Source: an uncultured Candidatus Saccharibacteria bacterium (GTDB lineage Bacteria; Patescibacteriota; Minisyncoccia; UBA6257; 2-01-FULL-56-20). Taken from it: 64,000 nucleotides of DNA. Position numbers and translations under genes: made by a program. Positions 35,164 through 44,975 of the stretch are shown here, in pieces (the first letter of the stretch is position 1; the number at the start of each line of letters is the position of its first letter). The notes under the pieces are model-generated. The model did no database searches. It saw only the letters and a list, made by a program, of their open reading frames with translations, and had not been told where the DNA came from. The stretch lies in assembly GCA_964530925.1 (NCBI GenBank), contig CAZHBZ010000003.1, positions 33 through 64,032 on the forward strand. Direction: 5' to 3'.

Positions 35164-35889
35164 ATGAATACTAATTTTCCAAAATCCTTTGCCTGGATTT
35201 TAGGCCTGAGCATAATCATCGCTTTCGCCGTTTTTTCATACTCGTTCTATTCCGCGAGACAGCTGGATAATTCGCTTTCCGTCACCGGTTCGGCGAGGAA
35301 GCAGGTTGTTTCCGATTCCGTAAAATGGACTTCCGGATTCTCGAGAACCGTTCTGCAGCAGGATTTGAAATCCGGCTACGCGCAAATGGCCAAGGATCAA
35401 GCGTTGGTCGTAAAGTTCTTGAAGGAGAAAGGTATTGCCGATTCCGAAGTTAATATTTCCACGGTCTTTATGGGCCAGAATTATTACTACGACAAAGGCG
35501 CCAGCGCTCCTAAGGAATACAACTTAAACCAAAGCGTGGAGGTTAAATCTTCCGATGTCCAAAAGATCACCGATATCGCCAAAAATATTCAGGGGTTGAT
35601 CGATCAAGGCGTGATATTCTCTACCCAAAATCTTGAGTATTACTACTCCAAACTTTCCGAATTGCGCGTCTCCTTGCTTTCCGAAGCGATGAAAGATGCG
35701 GAAGCAAGAGCCAAGTCTATTGTGGAAAGCGGGGGAGCGAAGATAGGACCTTTAAAGTCCGCGAGCATGGGTCCGGTACAAGTCCTCTCCGTCGGTTCGC
35801 AAGACGTGATGGACTACGGAAGCTATGATACGAGCAAGATAGATAAAGACGTGATGGTGACTGTGCGAGCCGCTTATACGATTAAGTAA
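35164..35889 (+). CDS. SIMPL (DUF541) domain protein
   Basis: SVTGSA...SD..KW; LLSEAMKDAEARA; KDVMVTV motifs. Confidence 0.85.
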   Translation: MNTNFPKSFAWILGLSIIIAFAVFSYSFYSARQLDNSLSVTGSARKQVVSDSVKWTSGFSRTVLQQDLKSGYAQMAKDQALVVKFLKEKGIADSEVNISTVFMGQNYYYDKGASAPKEYNLNQSVEVKSSDVQKITDIAKNIQGLIDQGVIFSTQNLEYYYSKLSELRVSLLSEAMKDAEARAKSIVESGGAKIGPLKSASMGPVQVLSVGSQDVMDYGSYDTSKIDKDVMVTVRAAYTIK

Positions 35890-35991
35890 ACGATAGCGAA
35901 AAAACACCCCGGCCTGGGGTGTTTTTGTTTTAACTCCTATTTGACATATCTAGTACGTTATGGTAGTATTTGCGGCAGTAGGAGGTAGCAC

Positions 35992-36201
35992 ATGCCCGGA
36001 CTCGAAGAGGAAGTGTTCTTCATTTCTGGCCACGAGTTCATCGGGGTGAACAAGGAAGGAAAGCACAGCCCGACGTGTAAGCTGTGCGCCGAGATCGAAA
36101 AGGTGGCGGCGAGCATCGTCCACGACCCCGCCACCTGCGACATCTGCCACGGGGAAATCCCGGGGCATAACCCCGAAACGTGTGATCTCTGCAGAAACTA
36201 G
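35992..36201 (+). CDS. small protein with three H-x(3-4)-CxxC repeats
   Basis: TTGACA-17-TAGTAT promoter (35941-35969), AGGAGGT SD, hairpin downstream. Confidence 0.7.
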   Translation: MPGLEEEVFFISGHEFIGVNKEGKHSPTCKLCAEIEKVAASIVHDPATCDICHGEIPGHNPETCDLCRN

Positions 36202-36252
36202 AGCTGACCCGCACAGGCGGTCCGACCAATGGTCTGACCGCTTTTCATTTAT

Positions 36253-37389
36253 TCAATCTTTAACGTTTGCGCCTATCGCTTCGCTTATATTTTTAAATCC
36301 GTCTTTTTTAAGTAGTCTTGGGAGTTCCAGATTTATCTCTGCGGCAAGCTGAGGGCCCATAAATATCAAGCCGGTTATGAGTTGCACAAGCGAAGCGCCA
36401 TTTTTAATTTTTGTATAGGCATCCTCGGCGGAAAAAACTCCTCCGCATCCGATGATGACTAGTTTTTTACCAAAAGTTTTATAAGCCAGCTTTATTAATT
36501 CGTTGGAGCGTTTTTCGGTCGGCTTTCCGCTGAAGTTTCCTTTACCATGGAGAGCAACCTCTTCCGGCAAGAGATCCGAATGGGAACGGTCTTTCTGGAG
36601 ATTACCGAATATCACTCCATCTATCCTGAAGGAGTGGATGACCTCGAACATTTTCATCACATCCTCGTCCGGTTCGGTGATCGGCATTTTTATGAACACC
36701 GGCTTTCTGAGATTCAGGGCCGTGATGGCTTCCAAAAGTTCACGCAATTTTTCCGGCGGATAAAAACTTACGTTCCCGAAAAGATTCGGACAGCTGATAT
36801 TGAGTTCGTAGTAAGCGAAAGGAAGGTCCGCGGCTTCCGCTTTTTTAAAAGCGGCGATAATGTCGGCGATGGCCGCTTCCTGAGTCGCGGTTTCTTTAGA
36901 ATTGGTTTTGCCGATGGAAAGGCCGACTGGATAAAAGGTCTTTGTGTTTTTGAATTTTTTGATTACCGCGTCAATGCCCTCATTTTTGAAACCCTTGTTG
37001 ACCAGGAGTGCGCGGGATTTAACCAAACGGCCGAGCATGGGGCGGGGATTGCCCTCGTAGGGGTGGTTGGTGATAGTTCCTACTGTTTCGAGTCCAAAGC
37101 CCATAAAGGGCAGAATTTTGGTTAATTTGGCTTTATAATCGAAGCCGGTGGCAAGCCCGATGGGGTTCTCAAACTCAATACCTAGAATATTTTGAGTAAG
37201 CATAGGGCTCTCTTTTACCCATAGAGAATAGAAGAGGCAGCGTGCCGGCGGAATGGCGCCCAAAATCCCGCCAAAATTCACCAAAAAGTCATGAATTGTT
37301 TCGGAATTTGTGAGAAAAAGAACGGGACGCAATGCCCGATAAATAGCGCCGCAAAGTTTTACAAATAGCCGTTTCATAGATACAAGCAT
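36253..37389 (-). CDS. pyrD: dihydroorotate dehydrogenase, class 2-like
   Basis: N-terminal ETIHD extension, NPIGLATGFD, GNPRP, NISCPN, IIGCGGV and GASLVQ motifs. Confidence 0.9.
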   Translation of the reverse strand: MLVSMKRLFVKLCGAIYRALRPVLFLTNSETIHDFLVNFGGILGAIPPARCLFYSLWVKESPMLTQNILGIEFENPIGLATGFDYKAKLTKILPFMGFGLETVGTITNHPYEGNPRPMLGRLVKSRALLVNKGFKNEGIDAVIKKFKNTKTFYPVGLSIGKTNSKETATQEAAIADIIAAFKKAEAADLPFAYYELNISCPNLFGNVSFYPPEKLRELLEAITALNLRKPVFIKMPITEPDEDVMKMFEVIHSFRIDGVIFGNLQKDRSHSDLLPEEVALHGKGNFSGKPTEKRSNELIKLAYKTFGKKLVIIGCGGVFSAEDAYTKIKNGASLVQLITGLIFMGPQLAAEINLELPRLLKKDGFKNISEAIGANVKD

Positions 37390-37469
37390 AAGAGTTTTTG
37401 AGCTAAATTAAAACCCCCGCCCAACGTCAATGCGTCTAGGGCGAGGGAAAAAGACAAAACTTTTATTGG

Positions 37470-38336
37470 TTATTGAACGGAGAACGGCAAGGCATTCGAA
37501 GTTCCTCCGTAAGCGCCCGGATTGAACACGGTCAGAAGCACGTTCGTGGTGGTCGCTACATTCGCGGCCGGAACCGCTACGTTCAACTGAGTGGCGGATA
37601 CAAACGTTGTTGTAAGCGCGGTGCCTGCCCATTTGGCGACGGAAGCGCTCGTGAAGTTCGTGCCAACGAGGGTTAGGGTAGTGCCCGCGTTGCCCGAGGT
37701 AGTAGACGCGGGAGAGACTGACGTCAAAGTCGGGATGACCATCACCGGAGTGGTGGTTGGGGTCGCGACCGGCGGCAGGCCGGCTTTACCGAGAAGGAGG
37801 TTAAGTCTTTCGATAAGCGCGTTTATCTGATTACGAAGCTGAATGTTTTCGCTCGAGGCGATCGAAAGGTTTTCTATTCGCGTTGCCAAGACGACTCCAT
37901 TAGTATCTATCTTGCCTTGGATGTTCACTGTATCGCCGACATGCAATTCGGTGATGAGCATAGCCCCGTTTTGCGTTCGAAGATTTGTGGCGGAGGAATA
38001 ATTTACGGTAAAGGTTATTCCCCAGGATTTTACGGTGAATGAAGAGTTGCCCGCAGTCGGAATAGTCGCAACGACGCCGCCATTGAGCTTGAATTCTCCG
38101 TTCGGGTTGATGGAGAGAGACGCGGGTTTGTTTTTCAGATCGTCGGAGATTTTGACATTCGAAAGCAGTTTGTTGATGTCCAGGGCCTGTATCTGCTTGG
38201 TTATGCCTGCCGGAAAATTGTTTTTCCCGTTATCGTTTTTTCCGCTATCATCGTTGTCTGCCTTAGCGCTCATCGCGCCGAGGGAGATGGTAAGAATCGC
38301 AAAGATTACGGATGCATACTTAAGTTTTTTTATCAT
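37470..38336 (-). CDS. secreted DUF5666-like plus IPT/TIG domain protein
   Basis: Signal peptide; LHVGDTVNIQG; PTLTSVSP...GTNFT...SATQL...NPG...SN. Confidence 0.75.
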   Translation of the reverse strand: MIKKLKYASVIFAILTISLGAMSAKADNDDSGKNDNGKNNFPAGITKQIQALDINKLLSNVKISDDLKNKPASLSINPNGEFKLNGGVVATIPTAGNSSFTVKSWGITFTVNYSSATNLRTQNGAMLITELHVGDTVNIQGKIDTNGVVLATRIENLSIASSENIQLRNQINALIERLNLLLGKAGLPPVATPTTTPVMVIPTLTSVSPASTTSGNAGTTLTLVGTNFTSASVAKWAGTALTTTFVSATQLNVAVPAANVATTTNVLLTVFNPGAYGGTSNALPFSVQ

Positions 38337-39265
38337 TGTTCTATTTTAATTCGAATCGAATTGGTTTCTCTTATTTGTCTTTCTGGCTCACTTCGGCTTT
38401 CCAAGTCCTCCTCTTCGTTTCCGGAAGTTTCGTTTTCCGAAGCCGAGTCGACCTTTTCTCGGGAGTCATTTTCCGGCGCGACCCATATGAACGGGTCCGG
38501 CGCTTTCTTTTCGTCCCTTATATTATAACTATTGGATATAGTGGCCTGACCCTGGATTTGAACGGAGGTCGAAGTGGCATTTTTTCTGTTTTTCCACAGA
38601 CGCTCCATGTGTTCCTTGGCGCTTTCGGCTGCCTTATCTGTTTCCCGGAAAGAATCCTCCAAACGATTTTTAATGGCTTCCGATAGATCTTCCCCATTCT
38701 TTTCAATTAGCTTTTTGTAGTTTCCGCCGAAAAGATAAATATCGGTATTTACTCGGAGAGCTTTTTCGAGTTTCCCGACACGCTCAAGTTCTTCGGCGTT
38801 TCGAGATATCTCTTTGAGTTGGGAATCAAAATCTTCCGCGGCTTTTCTTACGTTTTTTTCAAGTTCGAAAGAAGAGGAGGCGTTTTGCGCGCGTTTTTCG
38901 GCGAGCAGGGAATTGATTTCCATAAGTCTTTCTTCGGCGATGTCGAGGCGTACCTCGGCTTTCGTCTTTTGATCTACAGCGGCCGCGAGGCGCACGTTTT
39001 CCACAAGTCTCTTTATGGGATACAGAGTTTCGCCGGGAATGCTCGCCTGAGAGGCAAAGACCGTTCCGGTGCTACCTAGAAGCAAAGAGGCAAGGGCAGC
39101 GGTGGAGGCAATGCGTTTAAAACTAAAGCTCGGCACTTTGTCGGCCCCCCTGGCATCAAATGCGGTTTGAATTTCCAATTTTCCGCGAAGTCCGAGCAAA
39201 AATTCCTGATCCACAGGGATATTTTTGAATTCGGAGAATATCTTTTTGATATTTCTAGATTTCAT
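38333..39265 (-). CDS. putative anti-sigma factor (DUF5667)
   Basis: TM helix then ASIPGETLYPIKRLVENV...AEERLMEI; overlaps the ECF sigma gene. Confidence 0.8.
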   Translation of the reverse strand: MKSRNIKKIFSEFKNIPVDQEFLLGLRGKLEIQTAFDARGADKVPSFSFKRIASTAALASLLLGSTGTVFASQASIPGETLYPIKRLVENVRLAAAVDQKTKAEVRLDIAEERLMEINSLLAEKRAQNASSSFELEKNVRKAAEDFDSQLKEISRNAEELERVGKLEKALRVNTDIYLFGGNYKKLIEKNGEDLSEAIKNRLEDSFRETDKAAESAKEHMERLWKNRKNATSTSVQIQGQATISNSYNIRDEKKAPDPFIWVAPENDSREKVDSASENETSGNEEEDLESRSEPERQIRETNSIRIKIEQ

Positions 39266-39767
39266 GGTGTTTGAGCTTTTCTCTGAGGAGCTTTGTCCCT
39301 CTATGTATGGAGACGTAAATGTTGGTCAAAGTCTTACCGGTCAATTCCTTTATCTCGCTTGTTGAGAGCCCGTCAATGAACTTATAGTTGAATATTTCCC
39401 GATAATCGGCCGGGAGAAGAGATAGATATTCTCGGGCCTTTTCCGCGGCAAGTTTTATCTCGAGTCCGGCTTGGAGATCTGTTTTGTCTGCCGGCTCTTC
39501 TGACTCCAGCATTTCTTCGAGCGGCACGAATTGTTTTTTTGAGCGGTAGTGATCGATGATGAGGTTGTTTAATACCTTATAAAGAAGAGCCCTCATATTT
39601 TTAACCTTTTCTTTTTTCGCGAATTCCCAGGTTTTAAGGAACGTTTCCGAAACCAAGTCTTTCGCCAAATCTTCATCGCTGGTCTTGATGATGGCGTGGC
39701 GCAAAAGATCCGCCGAGAAGTCGTCGTAGCCTTTCAAAAAGCTTTTTTGGGCGTTATTCGCGTCCAT
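39255..39767 (-). CDS. ECF RNA polymerase sigma factor
   Basis: AKDLVSETFLKTW, LYKVLNNLIIDHYR and region-4 HTH. Confidence 0.9.
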   Translation of the reverse strand: MDANNAQKSFLKGYDDFSADLLRHAIIKTSDEDLAKDLVSETFLKTWEFAKKEKVKNMRALLYKVLNNLIIDHYRSKKQFVPLEEMLESEEPADKTDLQAGLEIKLAAEKAREYLSLLPADYREIFNYKFIDGLSTSEIKELTGKTLTNIYVSIHRGTKLLREKLKHHEI

Positions 39768-39787
39768 TTAAGTATCTTTCATATATG

Positions 39788-39815
39788 TTGACGGGCGAAT
39801 TATAAGAATATTACA
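39788..39815 (-). promoter_or_regulatory. ECF-type promoter upstream of the sigma gene
   Basis: Minus strand reads TGTAAT-16-CGTCAA. Confidence 0.55.
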
Positions 39816-39879
39816 GAATAGGGCCCATATTCCATATGGTATATTCTCAAATCAGGTTTATGCTGTTATTATATCTTCT

Positions 39880-40500
39880 ATGAAAACAAAGCATATCGGG
39901 ACAGCGATAGTCGTTCTCGTCTTTATTTCCATGGTCGTGAGCTCCATCTTTGTCGGAGGATGGAATCCTCCTCAAGCCGGGAATACGGAAGAAGTTCAAA
40001 ATAAAACCAATAATCAACCAATAATGAAGCATCTGGTAACCATAAAGACTAATATCGGCGATATTCAAATCGCCACTTACGATGAAGACGCGCCGAAAGC
40101 GGTCGAGAATTTTATCACTCTCGCCAATAAAGGATTTTATAATGGTGTTATTTTCCACCGCGTCATCGAGGGTTTCATGATCCAAGGAGGGGACCCGACC
40201 GGCACCGGCACGGGCGGACCCGGCTACAAATTTGAGGATGAATTGAATCCGGCCACTTTGTCCTACCAGGAAGGTTATAAGAAGGGCGTGGTCGCGATGG
40301 CTAATTCCGGCCCAAACACCAACGGCAGTCAATTTTTCATCATGCTGGCCGACAATCCGCTCCAGCACGATTACACTATTTTCGGCAAAGTCGTTAAGGG
40401 ACAAGAAGTTGTGGACGCGATAGGTTCCGCCACGACCGACACAAACGACAGGCCGCTAAGTCCGGTCAAGATGGAGAATGTGAGTGTGAGCGCCATATAG
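39880..40500 (+). CDS. cyclophilin-type peptidyl-prolyl isomerase with an N-terminal anchor
   Basis: FHRVIEGFMIQGGDPTGTG and MANSGPNTNGSQFF motifs. Confidence 0.95.
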   Translation: MKTKHIGTAIVVLVFISMVVSSIFVGGWNPPQAGNTEEVQNKTNNQPIMKHLVTIKTNIGDIQIATYDEDAPKAVENFITLANKGFYNGVIFHRVIEGFMIQGGDPTGTGTGGPGYKFEDELNPATLSYQEGYKKGVVAMANSGPNTNGSQFFIMLADNPLQHDYTIFGKVVKGQEVVDAIGSATTDTNDRPLSPVKMENVSVSAI

Positions 40501-40590
40501 CCGCCTCTACGGATTACGAATAGGTATTGATATACGAATCAGACTTATCCGTATATTCGTATAGATTAGTAGTCCGTAGAGCATTTACTT

Positions 40591-41307
40591 ATGAACGAAA
40601 ACATTGACTACCCAATTCGCATCAATCGCTACCTCGCGCTTAAAGGCATTGCCGCACGCCGTGAGGCCGACGAACTTATTAAAGCCGGCAAGGTAAAAAT
40701 AAATGGGAAACGCGCCCGTCTTGGCGACCAGGTTCACGCGGGAGACGACGTAACTGCCGTGGCAAGACCGGCCAAGGATCTCATCTATATCGCTTACAAT
40801 AAGCCGAAGGAAATTGTGACCCATACTCCGCAGAGGGGGGAGCGTTCTATTGCCGACGAGCTTCAATCGAAGTTTAAGGAAAAATTATTCCCGCTCGGGC
40901 GCTTGGACAAGAATTCTGAGGGGCTGATAATTTTGACCAACGACGGCCGAATAACCGACCGGCTTTTGAATCCCGAGTATGGCCACGAGAAAGAATATCT
41001 GGTGAAGGTTAATAAACCGATGAACGGAGATTTTTCACGGCGTATTCAAAAAGGAGTTTTTATCGAAGGATATCGCACAAAAGAGGCTATTTTTGAGCCG
41101 ACCGGTGAAAAGTCTTTCCGGCTTATAATCACGGAGGGCAAGAAACATCAGATAAGGAGAATGTGCACAGCCCTAGGCTACGAAGTGGTCGCCTTAAGGC
41201 GAGTGAGAATAATGAATATTAAACTGGGGTATCTACCCGCAGGGAAATTCAGAAAATTGGAGGGCAAAGAGCTCGATACGTTTTTAAAAAACCTAGGTAT
41301 TGATTAG
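40591..41307 (+). CDS. rRNA pseudouridine synthase, RsuA/RluB/RluF family
   Basis: S4 domain; GRLDKNSEGL; EGKKHQIRRM. Confidence 0.92.
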   Translation: MNENIDYPIRINRYLALKGIAARREADELIKAGKVKINGKRARLGDQVHAGDDVTAVARPAKDLIYIAYNKPKEIVTHTPQRGERSIADELQSKFKEKLFPLGRLDKNSEGLIILTNDGRITDRLLNPEYGHEKEYLVKVNKPMNGDFSRRIQKGVFIEGYRTKEAIFEPTGEKSFRLIITEGKKHQIRRMCTALGYEVVALRRVRIMNIKLGYLPAGKFRKLEGKELDTFLKNLGID

Positions 41308-41353
41308 GTTTTGTAATAATGAAAAAGCCCCGACCTTAGTCGGGGCATTGAGT

Positions 41354-41692
41354 CTAGAAATGAGCTGGAAGGGTATCGTCGCGTGTCATGCCGCAGTCAT
41401 TGCAATGGGCGTAGAGGCCTCCATGGCATGTGACGACATCCTTGTGCGGACAAATTCTTTGGAGTGCGTCTAGCTGAAGGGAGAGTTTCTCTGTGGCCTT
41501 TTCAATCGGGTCTAATTGAGGTTTGTATTGCTTCCGAATCCTTTCAGCGACCTTTGCGGTTTCTGCCTTGATCTTGGTATCCATTTCTGCGTGGATACGA
41601 TGATCCTTCTCGCTTAGGGATTTCATTTCGTCGATGAGCTTTTCCCTCTTAGTTTTTATTCCTTCCGTGGTGGTCGGTAAAGTTATTTTCAT
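41354..41692 (-). CDS. coiled-coil protein with a C-terminal CPH...CxxC motif
   Basis: AAAGGAG SD; terminator at 41327-41346. Confidence 0.65.
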   Translation of the reverse strand: MKITLPTTTEGIKTKREKLIDEMKSLSEKDHRIHAEMDTKIKAETAKVAERIRKQYKPQLDPIEKATEKLSLQLDALQRICPHKDVVTCHGGLYAHCNDCGMTRDDTLPAHF

Positions 41693-41804
41693 CCCACGCT
41701 CCTTTCAGCGAACTGCCTACATGATAGTTTGTGCTTTCCAAGAAATCAAATAATAAAAAAGCCCCGTCCCCACGCAAATGCGTGATTGACGGGGCGAGGC
41801 GTGA

Positions 41805-42533
41805 CTACTTCGGCTTCGACGGAGTGTCGAGCGCCTGGGTCATGCTGAAGGTGTCGGCGAGTTCCGCATCAAAGAAGTATTCGTCCCTGGTTTCCTTGCC
41901 GTCGGAAGAAGTGCCGAGGCACTTCTTATAGACGATGGGGTTGAAACTGTCCGGCCGCTTGAAGAACTGCCGCTCGTAAACCTTTTCGGGAGACATCAGG
42001 AAGACGGCAACCTGGCTCTCTTTCCAGTTGATCTCGAATCCTAGGCTTTCGGCGCTTCTCGCGATATTGACCGCCTTCACCCCATCGTAGGTCGTGAGGA
42101 TGGGCGCCGACCATGGGCCGTGTCCGCCATTGCTCGGTTCCACGACAACCACGAAGACGCCTCGGCTGATTGAATCCGTTTTATCATCCGGGAACCAGAC
42201 CACCCCTCTTCGAGTGTTTGAATCGTACTTCATCTTGAAGTAGTAGCGGTCGTAGCCGTTTGAAGTGTAGCCCGTCAGAGTTTCCTCCGTGTTGAACATA
42301 TCCGCCGGGTGCTCGATGCTCATAATCTTTACGGGCATGAACGTGCGCCGATTGTTCTTGTGGAACCGGGGGAAGGTTGTCTCGCGATTCAGGTAGAAAG
42401 TAACTTCCTGAATCGTTCCTCGATAGCAGAGCCAAATGTCCAGGCCGTTCGGTCCGTTGGTGATTCCGATTGTCTCGAGATCATTCTTTTCGCCGAACAC
42501 GAAAACCGGAAGGGGCTTCCTGTCTGATGCCAT
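41805..42533 (-). CDS. hypothetical protein
   Basis: AAGGAGGT SD before MASDRK; GC-ending codon bias; hairpin downstream. Confidence 0.65.
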   Translation of the reverse strand: MASDRKPLPVFVFGEKNDLETIGITNGPNGLDIWLCYRGTIQEVTFYLNRETTFPRFHKNNRRTFMPVKIMSIEHPADMFNTEETLTGYTSNGYDRYYFKMKYDSNTRRGVVWFPDDKTDSISRGVFVVVVEPSNGGHGPWSAPILTTYDGVKAVNIARSAESLGFEINWKESQVAVFLMSPEKVYERQFFKRPDSFNPIVYKKCLGTSSDGKETRDEYFFDAELADTFSMTQALDTPSKPK

Positions 42534-42643
42534 ACGGCACCTCCTTGCGTTACGCTCCTCCTCATCCGAAGAGGGCGGGGGAATCAATTTTCAAACCTTA
42601 AACTCTGCTGGGATTGTGCCAAAAATATGCCTTTGCGTCAAAC

Positions 42644-43627
42644 TTAGGCGCTGACTTTTCTCGTTCCTTTCTTGTCGGCTATTTCGTTTAAAATTGTTTT
42701 AACTTTTTTAAGGCTTTCGTCATCGGCGATAGAAATGGGAATTATTTCGCGCTTTGTTTTTTTAAGTTCCTTTAATTTCTCCTTTAATTCTTTTTCACTC
42801 AAGAGATCGCTTTTGCTCAAAAATATATATTCGGTTTTTCCCAAAAGTTCTTTATTGTAAGATCCCAATTCCTCGCGGATAGTTTTGTAATCCTCATAGG
42901 GGGCGGGGGATTCGGCGGAGACAAGATGAAAAAGGGCGCCCGTTCGTTCCGCGTGGCGCAAAAATTTTATACCCAAGCCTTTGCCGGAAGAAGCGCCTTC
43001 GATAAGCCCCGGGATGTCGGCGAGAATAAGATCATAATAAGCGCCGAGGTTCGGTTCGAGGGTGGTAAAAGGGTAATTGGCCACTTTGGCGTTGGCGCGG
43101 GTCAGCTCGTTTAAAAGACTGGACTTGCCGGCGTTCGGTAACCCGATAAAACCTACATCAGCAATCAATTTTAATTCCAAGCGAATATTGAATTTCTCGC
43201 CGGGTTTGCCCTTTTCAAACTCTTTGGGCGAAGTATTTTTCGGCCCGCGAAAATGAAAATTTCCTCTGCCGCCCCGTCCGCCTTTCGCAATCAAAACGCG
43301 TTCTCCGATTTTTACTATTTCCACATCCGACTTTAGATCCAAATTGTGGACAACGGTACCCACGGGGACTTTTAAAACGATATCGTCCGGGGTCTTTCCA
43401 TCCACGAACTGCGGCCGGCCGAGAGCGCCGTTTTCCGCGCGTACATCTTTTTTAAAACGGAATTGTCGCAAAGCCGAAAGGTCGGAGACCCCTTCAAAAT
43501 AAATACTGCCTCCGGCGCCCCCCGTGCCTCCGGTGGGTCCCAGACTCATTTTAATCCGCTGGAAAGCGACTTTACCGTCGCCGCCGTTTCCGGCCTGAAC
43601 TTTTATTGTGACGTCATCTATTAACAC
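42644..43627 (-). CDS. obgE: GTPase Obg/CgtA
   Basis: Glycine-rich Obg fold, GLPNAGKS, YPFTT and DIPGLIEGA motifs. Confidence 0.95.
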   Translation of the reverse strand: MLIDDVTIKVQAGNGGDGKVAFQRIKMSLGPTGGTGGAGGSIYFEGVSDLSALRQFRFKKDVRAENGALGRPQFVDGKTPDDIVLKVPVGTVVHNLDLKSDVEIVKIGERVLIAKGGRGGRGNFHFRGPKNTSPKEFEKGKPGEKFNIRLELKLIADVGFIGLPNAGKSSLLNELTRANAKVANYPFTTLEPNLGAYYDLILADIPGLIEGASSGKGLGIKFLRHAERTGALFHLVSAESPAPYEDYKTIREELGSYNKELLGKTEYIFLSKSDLLSEKELKEKLKELKKTKREIIPISIADDESLKKVKTILNEIADKKGTRKVSA

Positions 43628-43727
43628 GCGGGTATTCTAGCAGATAATCTTTCCGGAAGCGAACTCTCGGGGCGCAATCAACTGCCAACAAAAAACACCC
43701 GTTTCCGGGCGCTTTTTGTTTGTGGGT

Positions 43728-43919
43728 TTACTGAGCCATCATTGGCGCGCCGCTCTTCTTTGGAACGAAAAGCTGATATAGAGCGGAAAGCGCTACCAGC
43801 GCATAGACAATGTTGGCCAAGGTCATGCCGAGGAATTGACCTACTCCCCAGCCGAAGATCTCAAGTCCCCAGTTCAGGCCGCCGATAATGAGTAAAATCC
43901 AGGTGATTTTATGAAGCAT
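43728..43919 (-). CDS. DUF378 membrane protein
   Basis: LLIIGGLNWGL...IVYALVALSA. Confidence 0.85.
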   Translation of the reverse strand: MLHKITWILLIIGGLNWGLEIFGWGVGQFLGMTLANIVYALVALSALYQLFVPKKSGAPMMAQ

Positions 43920-44114
43920 TTGTATAAGTAATCTCGATGTGTATGCCTCGACCTTTTTTTAAATTATATCAAATCTGGTATGTGTCAGGCTGTTTTTAGG
44001 GTAAGTTCGATATGTGGAAAAACCAGTTTTTTTAGAGCTAAACATGTCTTATGATTAGGGCAGGATGCTTTTGGGGGTATCGGAAAACAAAGGCCGGTCC
44101 ATTTATAAATAAAT

Positions 44115-44438
44115 ATGGAAATAAATAAAATAAACGAAGAGGCGCTCAAGTGTTTTATGGAAGATATGGGAAAGGGGAATGGATTTCTTTTGGATGTTCG
44201 CGCGGACGATGAATGGGAATCCGGACATGCTGAAGGCGCTATTCATTTTGAGCTCGCGAGATTGGAAGCAGGAGAGCTACCAGAGATACCAAAAGATAAA
44301 CCGGTTTGCGTTTATTGCGCCGCTGGCGGAAGAGCGGAAGTGGCCAAGAAAATTTTGATTTCAAAAGGATTCACGACCGTCAAAAATATAGGCGGGTTAA
44401 GAGATTGGAAGTTGGCCGGAGGCAATGTCGTAAAGTAA
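44115..44438 (+). CDS. rhodanese-like protein
   Basis: LLDVR..EW..GH..GA; YCAAGGR. Confidence 0.9.
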   Translation: MEINKINEEALKCFMEDMGKGNGFLLDVRADDEWESGHAEGAIHFELARLEAGELPEIPKDKPVCVYCAAGGRAEVAKKILISKGFTTVKNIGGLRDWKLAGGNVVK

Positions 44439-44442
44439 ACAT

Positions 44443-44703
44443 ATGTTGATAGAATTTTACGGAAAAGAATGTTTGCATTGTATGCGAATGGTTTCTCGAG
44501 TCGAAAGATTGGAGAAGGAGACTGGTTTAAAGGTGGAGCGATACGAGACGTGGCATGATGAGGCGAATGCCAAGAAATTAGAAGAATACGATAAAAACGG
44601 GTGCGGCGGCGTGCCGTTTTTTATAAATATGGAAACCGGAAAAACAATTTGCGGAGAAACCGCTTACGAGGAGTTGAAAAAATGGGCAGGGGTGGAGAAG
44701 TGA
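44443..44703 (+). CDS. thioredoxin/glutaredoxin-like protein
   Basis: FYGKECLHC and CGGVPFF motifs. Confidence 0.82.
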   Translation: MLIEFYGKECLHCMRMVSRVERLEKETGLKVERYETWHDEANAKKLEEYDKNGCGGVPFFINMETGKTICGETAYEELKKWAGVEK

Positions 44704-44772
44704 TCCAATCTCGCGCAATTTGCGGAGACTGGCTTTGTTTTGCTCGCTTCTTTTTTATTATATTATTGATAT

Positions 44773-44973
44773 ATGGATGAAGATATTAAAAATAGGCTGG
44801 GAGAAATAGAAAAGAAATTAGATACGCTGTTTTCTTCTGCGGAGAGAACCAGAAAATATTTTTTGTGGACCCTTATCATCACAGTAATCGTGATAATCCT
44901 GCCGCTTATCGCACTCGTTTTTGTTGTCCCGCAATTTCTAAGCACATTGGATATTTCCAATTTCGGGCTATAA
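44773..44973 (+). CDS. small membrane protein
   Basis: Coiled coil, S.ERTRKYFLW, then a TM helix. Confidence 0.7.
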   Translation: MDEDIKNRLGEIEKKLDTLFSSAERTRKYFLWTLIITVIVIILPLIALVFVVPQFLSTLDISNFGL

Positions 44974-44975
44974 AA

